Assembly (NCBI GenBank): GCA_951406725.2
Contig: OX597823.1
Span: 6,014,001-6,078,000 of the forward strand
Reading direction: 5' to 3'
Source: Octopus vulgaris
Taxonomy: Eukaryota
DNA length: 64,000 nt
In this document: in pieces, positions 50,704-63,570 of the stretch
Layout of the letters: every line of letters begins with the position of its first letter
Numbering within the stretch: position 1 is the first letter of the stretch
Made by a program: the position numbers and the translations under genes
Notes under the pieces: model-generated
What the model saw: only the letters and a program-made list of their open reading frames with translations
What the model was told of the DNA's origin: nothing
The model's database searches: none

Positions 50704-51354
50704 ATAAAGGTTTCAAATTTTGGCACAAGGCCAGCAATTGCAGGAGAAGGCTTACGTTGATTATATGGACCCCAGTTCTCAACTGGTACTTATTTGATCT
50801 ACCTAGTAAGGATGAAAGGCAAACTTGACCTTAGTGGAATTTGAACTCAGAATTTAAAGATGAATGATATGCTAGCAAACAATTTGGCTGGGGCGCTAAC
50901 GATTGTGCCAGCTTGCCATTTCACATCACTTATGTAATGATAATGTTCTTTTATATTTATAATGTGATGTCGAGACAAGGGGACACAAATGCATTCATAT
51001 TTGATGAGTTCAGTTTCCATCTACAAAATCCACCCACAAGGCTTCAGTCAGCCTGGGGCTATAGTGGAAGACATGCAGTGGGACTGAAACCAAAACCATG
51101 TGGTTTGGAGGCAAACATCTTAACAACACGGCCACGTCTGCATCTGACCATGCCTTTTATTGGTTAATAAAACCATTGTTACTAATGCTATCAATAAAAC
51201 TACATCCTGACTATACAACCATGGCTACCACCACCAACACCAAAACCAAATATGATGGAGTTGATTTACTAGAAATAGCAGCAACAATTCCCATCTTACA
51301 AACTTAGAGAATATGTAGGACAATTGGATAAAATAGTGGTTTGTATACATTAGT

Positions 51355-51750
51355 TTCTACTCTAGGCACAAGGCTCGAAATTTTAGGGCAGGGGGCCAGT
51401 CAATTAGGTTGACCTCAGTATGCAACTGGTACTTAAGTTATCGACCCGTGAAAGGATGAAAGACACAGTTGGCTTCAGTAGAATTTGAACTCAGAACGTA
51501 AAGACAGACGAAATACCTATTTCTTTACTACCCACCAGGGGCTAAACACAGAGAGGACAAACAAGGACAGACAAACGGATTAAGTCGATTATATCAACCC
51601 CAGAGCGTAACTGGTACTTATTTAATCGACCCTGAAAGAATGAAAGGTAAAGTTGACCTCAGCAGAATTTGAACTCAGAACATAGCGGCAGACGAAATAC
51701 CTGCTAAGCATTTCGCCCGACATGCTAACATTTCTGCCAGTTCACTGCCT
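51355..51750 (-). mobile_element. SINE family 3, two nested or tandem copies
   Basis: Two gaatttgaactcagaac...gacgaaatacct segments. Confidence 0.75.
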
Positions 51751-53467
51751 TTGTTATACATTTTTTGTGGTTTGTATACATTGAAAACAGGTTGGTCATG
51801 GATGGAATTCCTTTTTATCATCAATATGTCTGCTTTTTCATTACTGTCCAAGGGCTAAACAGCTATAATATCTTATTCACTGATCTAAGAAAAGAGCCTT
51901 CACAAGGTTGTTCAATTTGCTAAAAATACCAGCTAAAATTCCCTTAAACCACAATTTGCCATCAAGAGAAAAGAAGAAAAAAGAAGTCCTAGATATACAA
52001 TGCTTGAGTGAAGGAAATACGGTTGGAACACTCTTGATCATGGACCTGCTCAGTCAAGGCTGACCTGGGGCTAAATAGCAACACTTGAATCAACATTATT
52101 ATTCTGACTAATGCCAGCAACAGCCTTATGTTATTGCAACCACCACCACCACCACCACCACCACGATGACGATAACAGTAGGTTGTCTTTACTACAAGTA
52201 CTAATAACACTAGTTTTACTATCGCTGTCACAAGCCCATATAAGTGAACACACACACACACACATATGCATACGTACAGGGGCACACAAGACATTTATTG
52301 TTTGAGAGAGAGAGTAGTAGTAGTAGTAGTAGTAAAGCATTGGTGTTCAATGTTTTTGTGGGACAAACTGTTGTGTCTCCACAAACAATATATGCACACA
52401 CATGAACATTTCACACACATACATATGCACACATAAATACACACACATGCATACACTCACTTATACACACACATATTCACACGCACACTCACACACACAT
52501 ATAGTAACAATGCTATAACGCGGTTCATATTCTGCTTGCTGGCCTATTCCATGGTTTTATTGAGGGACCTTCAATGGAGCCTGAATTTCGGTTATGCATC
52601 ATGCTTCACAGCACATATATATTCTGTGTGTGTGTGAGCTTTCTTGTCTTGTCATTGCATGATAATTGTAAATGAGTGTCACTGTCATATAAGCGGTGTC
52701 GTTCATTTCTTCTGAGAAAACATGTCTGGCTAAGGAGAAATATTAGTTTGCTCAGAAACGACATACAACCATAGGAAAATCTGCCTCAATGAATTCTGCC
52801 TGAGCCATTGAAGCATAGAAAAGAGTACATTAAAACTATTATTACCATGATGCTGCTGCTGCTGATGATGATGAGACATGCTGTGACAGACAGACAGACA
52901 CATGTACTTTACATTGAAACATAATAGGCCACCCACCCAAGAGAGAATTTTTTAAAATAATGAAAACTGAAGAAAGTAACAAAATTTCTAAAACATAAAA
53001 GCGATTATATATGTAGGACCCTAATTTACAAATGGAAATTAAGATAAACATTTCAAATCCTCCCTCACCCCACCACTCATCCTTCCTCGCTGCTGCATCC
53101 CGAATAGAAATATCTAAAAAATGAGAAGAAAGTTAAAGCTGAATATAAAGTGAAGAGGGTGGAGAGAATTTAGGCCAGAGTAATTGAAGACAACAAGACA
53201 ATGATGTTGATGAGGAGGAAAATAATGACGATGATTGCTATGGCCATAATGATGTTGCATTGATAGGGGAGGGTGAAGGCAAATAGACTAAAGTACATAC
53301 AGACGAAATTCTTCTCAAATTTGGGGCTTCCACCTACGGTAGAAACCCATAAGAAAATGGTGGTGGTGGTGGTGGATGGTAGATTAGAAAAATTGGTAGG
53401 GTCTGAATATAACCCTTTATATCCAGAGTTCAGATGCTGTTATGTTCAAATTTATCCTGACAGTCCC

Positions 53468-53511
<44 letters not shown>

Positions 53512-53892
53512 ACATCATCATGAAGATTTAACGTCTGTTTTCCATGCTGGCATGGGTTGGCTGGTTTGACAGGAGCAGGCAATCTGGAGAGCAGCCCCAG
53601 GTTCCTATTGTGTGTATTGGCATGGCTTCTATGGCTGGATGCCCTTCCTAACACCAACCACTTTACAGAGTGTATGTATTGAATGATTTTCACAATGCAC
53701 CAGCACTAGCAGGGTCACCATGAAACTTGTAAGACCATAGAGGAGAAAGCAAGCATGACACCTTCTCACTCTCTCCCAAAAGCCCATAGACAAGTAAAAT
53801 CTAACAAAAGGTAGCTCTTGTGGCTCTTTTCTTTTTAACCTGTTTACTGCAGAAGTAAGCCTATATCTACTCAAAATTTCATTACTGTTAAC

Positions 53893-54302
53893 TACTCTTT
53901 TACTCTTTAACTTGTTTCAGTCATTTGACTGCGGCCATGCTGGAGCACCGCCTTTAGTCGAGCAAATCGACCCCAGGACTTATTCTTTGTAAGCCCAGTA
54001 CTTATTCTATCGGTCTCTTTTGCCGAACCGCTAAGTAACGGGGACGTAAACACACCAGCATCGGTTGTTAAGCAATGCTAGGGGGACAAACACGCACACA
54101 CAAACATACACACAAATACATATATATATATACATATATACGACAGGCTTCTTTCAGTTTCCGTCTACCAAATCCACTCACAAGGCATTGGTCGGCCTGG
54201 GGCTATAGCAGAAGACACTTGCCCAAGATGCCACATGTGGGACTGAACCCGGAACCATGTGGCTGGTTAGCAAGCTACTTACCACACAGCCACTCCTGCG
54301 CC
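53893..54302 (-). mobile_element. SINE family 1 (full length, young)
   Basis: Close reverse complement of 35905-36355. Confidence 0.9.
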
Positions 54303-54682
54303 TAACTGTGGAAAATAGTTTTATATATTATTTTATCTTTTGTTGAGGAATTTCATATTTAAAACAATTGTTTTGTTCAGATATTCAAGTTTATTGAGGC
54401 AGTACGACTTGGAGAATTACAAATTCTAGTTTTGGGCAGATATTTCACATCGTTACTGGAATAACAATGGAATTCAATCTTAACATTAAATGGTTAACAG
54501 AAAAACAAACTGAAGCAACATACAACATCACTTGAAAGTTTATAAATATAACCTGGCAGGACACAGAAAAAAATAAATCACACACACACACTAAAAGCCA
54601 CCCCCGACAGTTAGAACAACAATAGTATATAGCTATTGTTACCGAACATGAAAGGAAAAACTAAAATAATTAAGGAAAAAAT

Positions 54683-54904
54683 ATGCATTTGTGATTAAGA
54701 CAGTGTGTATGGATTTCTGTCTACCAAAGATTCTCCTTTTAAGATCTTTGACAAAAGCAATGGGTGTTCTGTTGCCATCAGTAAAACATTTATTCATGTC
54801 TGGTATGAGAAAACCCTAGCAAAGTTGCCTGCTGACAATATCTCCCTCTTTCTCTCTCTCTCTCTCTTATGTTTTAGATTAGAAGGTTCCCCGGCATATC
54901 CTTT
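54683..54904 (-). repeat. Right arm of the ~220-bp inverted repeat
   Basis: Reverse complement of 50479-50703. Confidence 0.92.
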
Positions 54905-55128
54905 CCTTTCAATGTGTACTCAAAAGGCTGTCTCTGTCTCAGACTCTGTTAAGACAAGATTTTATACATAACTGCCATTCCACATTTGTATGCACATGTG
55001 TACATGCCCTGGTATACAGGCTGCTTCAAGTGCATAAAATAATTTAATTCTAGCCTGGCTAAGTTTCACATAAATTCATAAATGTTTTCTTTAATGAATT
55101 CTCTATTGGGACAAATATTTTCAGCTTA

Positions 55129-55793
55129 GCTCAAAACAACCAGGGAAAATAGATCAGCTCAAAATAACCAGGGAAAGCAGATCAGCTCAAACAACCAAGG
55201 AAAATAGATCAACTCAAACAAACCAGGGAAAGCAGATTGGCTCAAACAACCAAGGAAAGTAGATCAACTCAAACAAACCAGGGAAAGCAGATTGGCTCAA
55301 ACAACCAAGGAAAGTAGATCAACTCAAACAACCAGGGAAAGCAGATTGGCTCAAACAACCAGGGAAAATAGATCAACTCAAACAAACCAGGGAAAGCAGA
55401 TTGGCTCAAACAACCAAGGAAAGTAGATCAACTCAAACAAACCAGGGAAAGCAGATTGGCTCAAACAACCAAGGAAAGTAGATCAACTCAAACAACCAGG
55501 GAAAGCAGATTGGCTCAAACAACCAGGGAAAATAGATCAACTCAAACAAACCAGGGAAAGCAGATTGGCTCAAACAACCAAGGAAAGTAGATCAACTCAA
55601 ACAAACCAGGGAAAGCAGATTGGCTCAAACAACCAAGGAAAGTAGATCAACTCAAACAACCAGGGAAAGCAGATTGGCTCAAACAACCAGGGAAAATAGA
55701 TCAGCTCAAAACAACCAAGGAAAATAGATCGGCTCAAACAACCAGGGAAAGCAAATCGGCTCAAACAACCAGGGAAAATAGATCGGCTCAAAA
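55129..55793. repeat. 27/28-bp minisatellite (~24 units) with alternating A/B monomers and a 164-bp higher-order period
   Basis: A = ctcaaacaaaccagggaaagcagattgg, B = ctcaaacaaccaaggaaagtagatcaa. The ggaaaatagatc variant recurs at 55197, 55361, 55525 and 55689. Confidence 0.95.
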
Positions 55794-56090
55794 ACACTGT
55801 GTCTGATGATCCAGCAGCATTCTGAATGAAGTCCTGCATTTGTAACACACAAGTAACATTGAGAAGTTTCTCTGGAATGAAATATTAAACTATTGTGGAT
55901 GCATGTTTGTATACAAATTATAAATATTATACATGCACTGGCATTTTAATCTAATACACACTGTTTCCAGTGTATATAGCAATTTAATTCTAGTCAGGCT
56001 AGCTTTTGCATAAATCAGTGATTATTTTGTTCACAAATTTCCACATCAAAACAAGCATTTTTAGCTTAGCTCATAACATCTGCATTATTT

Positions 56091-56130
56091 GTCACTGAGG
56101 AGATGAACTCATGTTGAAACATTGTCTGAG
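56091..56130 (+). ncRNA. Hammerhead-like core within a ~295-bp tandem repeat unit
   Basis: guca-CUGAGGA-gaugaacucauguu-GAAA-cauu-GUC-ugag; the stems are short or degenerate. Confidence 0.4.
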
Positions 56131-56614
56131 GATTCACAAGTGTTCTGTGCAATTTACTGTTTTAACACAAATCTCTTTGAGAAGTTTCTCTGAGATACAG
56201 TATTTCAGTTTATGGCATTCCATGTTTGTATATACACTGGTATTTTAATCTAAGACTATTTCAAGTGTGTATATTAATTTAATTCTAACCTGTCAAATCA
56301 CTGATATTTCAACTAATTCTTGAACAACGGTGACATGCCCAGATTATTCTCAAATATTCTATAAAAGACCCTCCCCGTGCATGATAAATGGTAATTGATT
56401 CCAACAAACATGCAGCAAGTACAATTTATGTCAAGGCAAGTAATTTCTTTTCAATCTTCCAATACATTTAGTTGAGTGGAATGGCTGACTGAACGAAACT
56501 GTGATTTAGGAATATAAACCTTGTTTAATTTACACAGGGGTAAATATATCTCAGATTTGACACAAGGTTATATTAAGCAAATTTTTGTCTTTTACACAAA
56601 TGAAAACCACATAT

Positions 56615-56646
<32 letters not shown>

Positions 56647-58559
56647 AGTCGTAACGTCCACTTTCCATGCTTGAATCTGTTGGACAGAGTTTATGGAAGC
56701 AGATTGTGAATGGTTGGATGAATGTCACTGTCATAAAACTCATGTAATTTGTTTCCAAACTGTGAAAACTAGTCTGGCTGTGGGGAAATATTATCTTGTT
56801 TAGAAATAGGTAAAGGTGGGCAACAGGAAGGGCATCTGGCTGTAGAAAATTTGCTTGAGTCAACTCCATCTTGAGTTAAATCCCCGCCGACAGATTTAAT
56901 ATAGTGAATCCCACCCACCCACCTAGGTGCCATCCAGGAGGACTCAATCCAAAATTCTGTAGTTGGGGAGGGAACTTTCTAAAGCACACAGCCATTCCAT
57001 TTATTTCCAATATTGGAGTTTAGAGGACAAAAGATTCTTCAATGTTCACCTTGGGTGAGGGGACAAAAGAAAAAACAAAGGAGAATATCTTCTTTACTTG
57101 TTTCAGCCATTTTTAAACATAAATCTGTCCTCAAAAATCTTACACACCCTGTATACATGCATGCACACACACACACACAAAACAGGCTTCCAGAGTTTCC
57201 ATTCACAAGGCATTGGTCAGTTCAGGGCTACAGCAAAAGACACTTGTCCAAGGTGCTGCACAGTGAGACTGAACTCAAAGCCACATGGTTACAAAGCAAG
57301 CTTCTTAACCGCCCAGCCACGCCTGTACCCAACTTTGGTTTTTTTTCTATTTCCCTTCTAACCATAACCATTCTCCACACAACAGAATCCTGCTGCTAGC
57401 ACGGATGTTATAAACAGTGTGAATCAAAAAGATATTGTTTTTGTGAGTTGGCATCTCTAGGAGTTAATGGTGTCAGAGTTTATCAGACGGAGAGCTAATC
57501 TTAGGTCAGACATTATGAACACTTTGAAAGATTTCCCAAATGCTTTTTATGTTTGTTTGTACAGAGGTCAATAAGATCAGCCCTTTAGCTTTCACATATT
57601 CGGATAAAAATCACATTTTATTTTGTTCGTGGGTGGGGGACGTGAGTTAACACCCAGCTTTGTATCAATTAGAAGAAGCATTTTAGTACTCTCAGTTATG
57701 AGACTATATACCTATTTCTTTATTGCCCACAAGGGGCTAAACATACAGGGGACAAACAAGGATAGACAAAGGGATTAAGTTGGTTACATCGACCCCAGTG
57801 CATAACTGGTACTTATTTAATCAATACTGAAAGGATGAAAGACAAAGTCAACCTTGGTGGAATTTGAACTCAGAACGTAACAGCAGATGAAATACTGCTG
57901 TTTCGCTTGGCATGCTAACAATTCTGCCAGCTCGCTGCCTTTTATGAGACTGTATCATCACAACTTCCACGTCGGCTTTACCTTGTTTGCATGGATTTGA
58001 TGGAATTTGTTGAGGGCAGATATTCTATGGCTAGGTGCCCCATTCCTATCACCGATCCTCTTGTGTTTCCAAACAAGGTAATATTTCCCTGTGGCCAGAC
58101 ATGTTTTCATGGAAGACTTGGAAATGAACAACTTTGTTTGTATGACTGTGACACTTGTTTATAACAATCACGTGAAGTCAAGACAAGGACAGAACCCCCA
58201 CCACACACACACACACACAGAAACTAAAGGAAGCCTATCATATATGTATGTGTGTGTGTGTGTGTGTGTGAGTGTGTATAGAAACACACTCACACACACA
58301 CACACACACACACACATGCGATGGGCTTCTTTCAGTTTCTGTCCACAAAATCCACTCACAAGGATTTGACTGGACTAGGGCTATTGTAGACAACACTTGT
58401 CCAAGGTGCTGTGCAGTGGGACTGAACCAGGGAGCATATAGTTGGATAGCAAACTTCTTAACCACACAGTCACACATACACACACACACACACAATCACA
58501 CACACATACACATACGTATATGTGTGCATGTAATCACACATACACATATGTAATATATA

Positions 58560-58761
58560 CAGTAATCCCTCGACTATCGCGGTTATTATGCTCCAAAACC
58601 TCCCACAGAAATAATTAAAATCTAAAAACATAAGCCTATTGGCTGCAGAAACCCACAATATACTGAGGGGTCCACAATATAAATTTACATATATTAGCCA
58701 AAAAGATCCAGGATGTACTGAGTGCACCCTATGTGAACTGCAATATGGTGAGGAATGACTG
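58560..58761. mobile_element. Tc1/pogo-type MITE
   Basis: TA|cagtaatccctc ... gaggaatgactg|TA: CAGT-type inverted ends with a TA target duplication. Confidence 0.7.
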
Positions 58762-59190
58762 TATATACATATATAAAAAAAACACACAAACACAGCTACG
58801 TGAGTGATGTATGCATGTACGCATATGTGAGTGTGCATGTGTGAGTGTAACCCTAACGCTAAAAAGAAATGAAGAAATGTAGAGCGTATAAAGTTGTTAC
58901 AAAAAAACCCCCGCTCAATTTCCTTTCTCTTTTTTCCTCCGTCAGCACGATGAGATTGTGTATACATCCAGTCACGACTTTATCAAGGATATTTGAAATG
59001 TAAGTAGAGTGAAATTAACTAGAGCCAGTAATTGAGATTCTAGATTACAGAAGCAGGCTTTGGGAGTCTTATTTCTATTTTAAAAACAAACAAGCAAGAA
59101 AGCAGGCAACAACATCCGTCGTGTACTAAGTTTGTATTCCATAATCTCAAGAGTTCTTCTTGGAAACATTTCTCCTGGAATTGTTTAACA

Positions 59191-59412
59191 TACGAAGCGG
59201 GGCTGAAAAGTCCTTGGCTTCAAGGGTATCACGAAAGGCCTGGTTGGTGGCCCATCCTTCCGAGTTCTTTTACAGGGCTTAGAAAAACTGAAGGGCTGCT
59301 ACAATAAGTGAGTGAATCTGAGAGGGGAATATGTTGAATAAAATCATAATAAACTGCCCCTCCTGTATTTTCTTTTACCCAAAAGCCCAGAACTTCTCAG
59401 TACCCCCTTATA
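59191..59412 (+). mobile_element. Mariner-derived MITE (internal-deletion derivative)
   Basis: Inverted ends tacgaagcggggctgaaaagtccttggctt / aagcccagaacttctcagtacccccttata. The interior encodes LQGLEKLKGCYNK*VNLRGEYVE*, resembling a mariner transposase C-terminus. Confidence 0.85.
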
Positions 59413-59825
59413 TTAAGTACCATAACAAAGTGTTCTAGCGTAAAAAATTCTGGACAAAGTAAACAATCACCCTTGTCCCCCACACCCATCACAGTCCCTG
59501 TACCCAGTGGTGGTGGTGGTGGTGGTGCAACAGGGTCAGGCAAATCCCCTTGCAATTCCATGCAAATGTAGTTATCATCTAATTATCGTCTAAGTATCAT
59601 CTAATGTCTGCATTTCATTTTGTGTTTTACACAAACGAAATGGCTGTAGGGGGGAACCTATTTTGATAACTGAGAAGGTATCCATCTCCTTACACCAGTC
59701 AAACTCCCAATTCACCCACGACGAGGATGTGCAACCCACAGGAACATTTTCAATAATATAAGGCATTCTATATTTTGTTAATTAAACATGAAACACTACT
59801 ACTACTACTACTACTATTACAACTT

Positions 59826-59861
<36 letters not shown>

Positions 59862-60714
59862 TTGGTGGTGGCGGTGGTGGTGGTAGCAGCAGTAGTAGTA
59901 GTAATAGTAGTAGTAGTAGTAGCAGCAGCAGCAGCAGTAGCAATCATTGTATTAGTTATTTAGAATGCATGAAAGGTTTGCTTTATGGGTTTGCAACTAA
60001 AATCCTTGTAATAAAAATCAAAAGTTGTAATCAACTGTCTGGACCCAAGTAGGTTACCGGTACTAATCTTCTAGAGAAAGAGAACTGAATTAGATGAGCA
60101 GATCTCAGCTCAGCATTGAAATGAATTGAACCCTTTTGCTACCAACCGACCTGAAACTCTCCTCACTACTTTGATACAAACTTTCTGCTTTATAAACTTT
60201 TATCAAAATTTCATGTCAATTTATTATGTGCCAAATATACCTTATAATGACAAAGTTATCTTATTCAATTCTCCATTTTATTTTTTTGTTGTTAAATTAA
60301 TTGAAACCAAGGGAGTGTTTGAATGGAGTTTGGAACACAAGTGAAAGTACATAAGTGTAGATGAGTGTACGGAAGTTTGGAACATAAGTGTTTGGAACAG
60401 AGTGAGTGTACTTGAATGGTGTCTGGAATGTAAGTTAAGATGAAATTTTAACAGATTTCAATTTTGATCTCTTTAAAGTAGAAAATATGTATTGTCCAAT
60501 GTGTCTTGTTTGTTAACCGTTTGACATTAATCCACCTGAGACTGTTGTCCTTGGTTCTATGATACACACTTCTTGTTAATATTAAAACCTTCTATCAAAA
60601 TTTCATGTTAATTTATGTTCCAAACACTGACTTAATAATGACAGGTATTTTGAAAAGTCCTTCATTATTTTCAGAATTAATTCAAACAAAGTTACATCAA
60701 CATCAAAATAAATA

Positions 60715-61048
60715 TCAAATGGAAATTGTAGTTGTGATACCTGTGCTGGTGGCATGTAAAAAGCACCATCCAAACGTGGCTGATGCCAGCGCCACCCTGA
60801 CCGGCTTCCGTGCCGGTAGCACGTAAAAAGCACCAACTGATCGTGGCCACTGCCAGCCTCCCTGGTGGCACGTAAAAAGCACCCACTACACTCATGGAGT
60901 GGTTGGCGTTAGGAAAGGCATCCAGCTGTACAAACACTGCCAGATCAGACTGGAGCCTGCTGCATCCTCCTGGCTTCCCAGACCCTGGTCGAACCGTCCA
61001 ACCCATGCTAGCATGGAAAACGGACATTAAATGATGATGATGATGATG
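60715..61048 (+). mobile_element. RTE LINE 3' UTR copy
   Basis: Same UTR repeats, terminal palindrome and GAT tail as 39960-40339. Confidence 0.85.
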
Positions 61049-61932
61049 AAAGTTAATGCCAAAGAAATCTGGTAAGAAAAGAGTTAAGAGACTTTTGCCT
61101 CCCATACTTTGTACACTAGTTTCTGTTCTGTCCTGATTTGAATGAAGGATTGCATTCCAGTCCTTTACCAAACAATACTGAATGAGGTTTAATGAGGATT
61201 CCAGTGAAACCCAATCACTGGATATGTCTGTAGCAGAACAGCCATTCTACTTGAATTCGATCAAATAACGGGTCTCATGCACATCTTATTTGGTTGTCAC
61301 CTATAAAAGGTCAAACAGGGAATCAACTCTTCTGTCAGACAGTTATCAGACTTCAAGAACATTGAAAAACCTTTCTTGTTTACAATGTAAAATCAGTCCA
61401 CCGACATTATCATCATCATCGTCGTCGTCATCATTATCCCAAATATCCTCATCGACATTGTTATTATCACCATCTTTGTTGTTGTCTTTGTAGCCAACAT
61501 CATCATCATTGTTGCCATAGCAATCATCATCATTAAAGCAATCGTTATCTCCGTGTTAGATTCTACTTTTTCATGTTTTCATGAATCAGATGAGATTCAC
61601 TGAGATTGATTTGCTAAGGCTGGATGCCTTTCCTGTTGCCAACCCTCCCCTGTTTCCAAGCAAGATAATATTTCTTTCTAATCCAGACATGTTTTAAGAG
61701 AAGATTGCAGACAAACGTCCCTGCTTGTAAGACAGTGATGTTTGTTTACAGGCAGCTTTCTTCTCAGTTGCCATCAATCAAATTCTCTCACAAAGCTTTG
61801 GTCAACCTGAGGTGAGGCTATAGCAGAAGACACCCATCCAAAATTCTGTATGGTGGGACTGAACCAGAAACCATGTGGTTGCAAAGCATGCCTACACCTA
61901 TTGCTGACATGTACATATATATACATATATAT

Positions 61933-61963
<31 letters not shown>

Positions 61964-61964
<1 letters not shown>

Positions 61965-62318
61965 CATCATCATAATTTAACGTCCGCTTTCCATGCTAGC
62001 ATGGGTTGGACGGTTCAACTGGGGTCTGGGAAGCCCGAAGGCTGCACCAGGCCAGTCAGATCTGGCAGTGTTTCTACAGCTGGATGCCCTTCCTAACGCC
62101 AACCACCCCGAGAGTGTAGTGGGTGATTTTATGTGCCACCGACACAGGTGCCAGACACAGGTGTATATATTTGGCGTTAGGAAGGGCATCCAGCCATAGA
62201 AACACTGCCAAATCTGACTGGGCCTGGTGCAGCCTTCTGGCTTCACAGACTCCAGTTGAACCGTCCAACCCATGCTAGCATGGAAAGCAGACGCTAAACG
62301 ATGATGATGATGATGATA
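61964..62318. mobile_element. Two RTE 3' ends arranged head-to-head (minus copy then plus copy)
   Basis: 61964-62150 is a reverse-complement RTE tail and 62171-62318 a forward RTE tail. Confidence 0.88.
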
Positions 62319-62320
62319 TG

Positions 62321-62374
<54 letters not shown>

Positions 62375-62614
62375 TAGGTGAATGAATTATCCTAGTATTG
62401 ATAATTCGGTTAACCGATACCTGGGTAGCAAATTCACATCAGAAAGCACGGTTGAAGCTACATGCCAAAGGTAGAAACTGCGTGTTCTTGTGTGGTAATT
62501 TGTGTAATATTTAAAATGAATAAAAGAATTGTGTTAAAATCCTCGTTCAACTGCATTCTTTTATTCATTTTATATATATATATGTATATATATGTATATG
62601 TATATATATATATA

Positions 62615-63163
62615 GGACAAGTGAGACCATAACCCGTGGCCTTCTACATGGGATGGAGCCAGCCTACGTATGCATACCTTCCCTTCTTGGGACACAAAAC
62701 TCTACTTGTGAAGACCCGTTGAGGCAAGTAAGGATCAGAATGGAAATCGATCAATGGAAATTGCAGATGTGTTACCAGTGCCGGTGGCATGTAAGAGAAT
62801 CATCCGTTCGTGACCGCTGCCAGCGCCGCCCCGACTGGCCTCGTGCCGGCGGCATGTAAGAAGCACCATCCATTCGTGTCCGTTGCCAGCGTCGCCTGGC
62901 CCCCGTGCCGGTGGCACATAAAAAGCACCATCTGTTCGTGGCCGTTTTCCAGCTCTGTCTGGCACCTGTGTGGGTGGCACGTAAAAAGCACCCACTACAC
63001 TCACGGAGTGGTTCGCATTAGGAAGGGCATCCAGCCGTAGAAACACTGCCAGATCTGACTAGGCCTGATGAAGTCTTCCAGCTTCACAGACCCCAGTTGA
63101 ACCGTCCAACCCATGCTAGCATGGAAAACGGACGCTAAATGATGATGATGATGATGATGATGA
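62615..63163 (+). mobile_element. RTE LINE 3' UTR copy (5'-truncated) inside a (TA)n tract
   Basis: Closely similar to 39719-40339, starting at ggacaagtga; (GAT)n tail; TA repeats on both sides. Confidence 0.92.
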
Positions 63164-63312
63164 TATATATATACACACACACATATATATATATATATAC
63201 ACACACATATATATATATGTACATATATATATACATATATATACATTTATACACACATATATATACATATATATATATATACATATACATATATACATAT
63301 ACATACATATAT

Positions 63313-63357
<45 letters not shown>

Positions 63358-63368
63358 CATACATATAT

Positions 63369-63399
<31 letters not shown>

Positions 63400-63483
63400 A
63401 ATGAAGCATAAGGAAAGGAAAAAATTGTAAGTGTAGACGAACTTTAATTCAATTCAAATCCAAGTTGGTAAAGAACCAATATA

Positions 63484-63570
63484 CATTCTACAAATTGTTT
63501 CTGCGTCTAATTCATTCCAAAGACGCAAAACTCTTCGTGAAATACCAATTAGATTCCTCATCAGGAATTA
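63484..63570 (-). ncRNA. Type I hammerhead ribozyme-like motif with long stem II
   Basis: Minus strand auuc-CUGAUGA-[~55-nt rod]-GAAA-caauuu-GUA-gaau. Confidence 0.55.

Larger units (their letters stand above)
54970..56295. repeat. Old ~295-bp tandem repeat (about 2.5 units), first unit expanded by the minisatellite
   Basis: aatttaattcta at 55041, 55981, 56276; cttagctca at 55125, 56065; gagaagtttctctg at 55861, 56179. Confidence 0.75.

Noticed and set aside
55129-55793. CRISPR-like array
   Set aside because: No unique spacers; the units are contiguous variants of one monomer, the context is eukaryotic and there are no cas genes.
62440-62490. Hammerhead-like gcacg...gaaac...cgtgt
   Set aside because: Stems are present but the CUGANGA core is absent.
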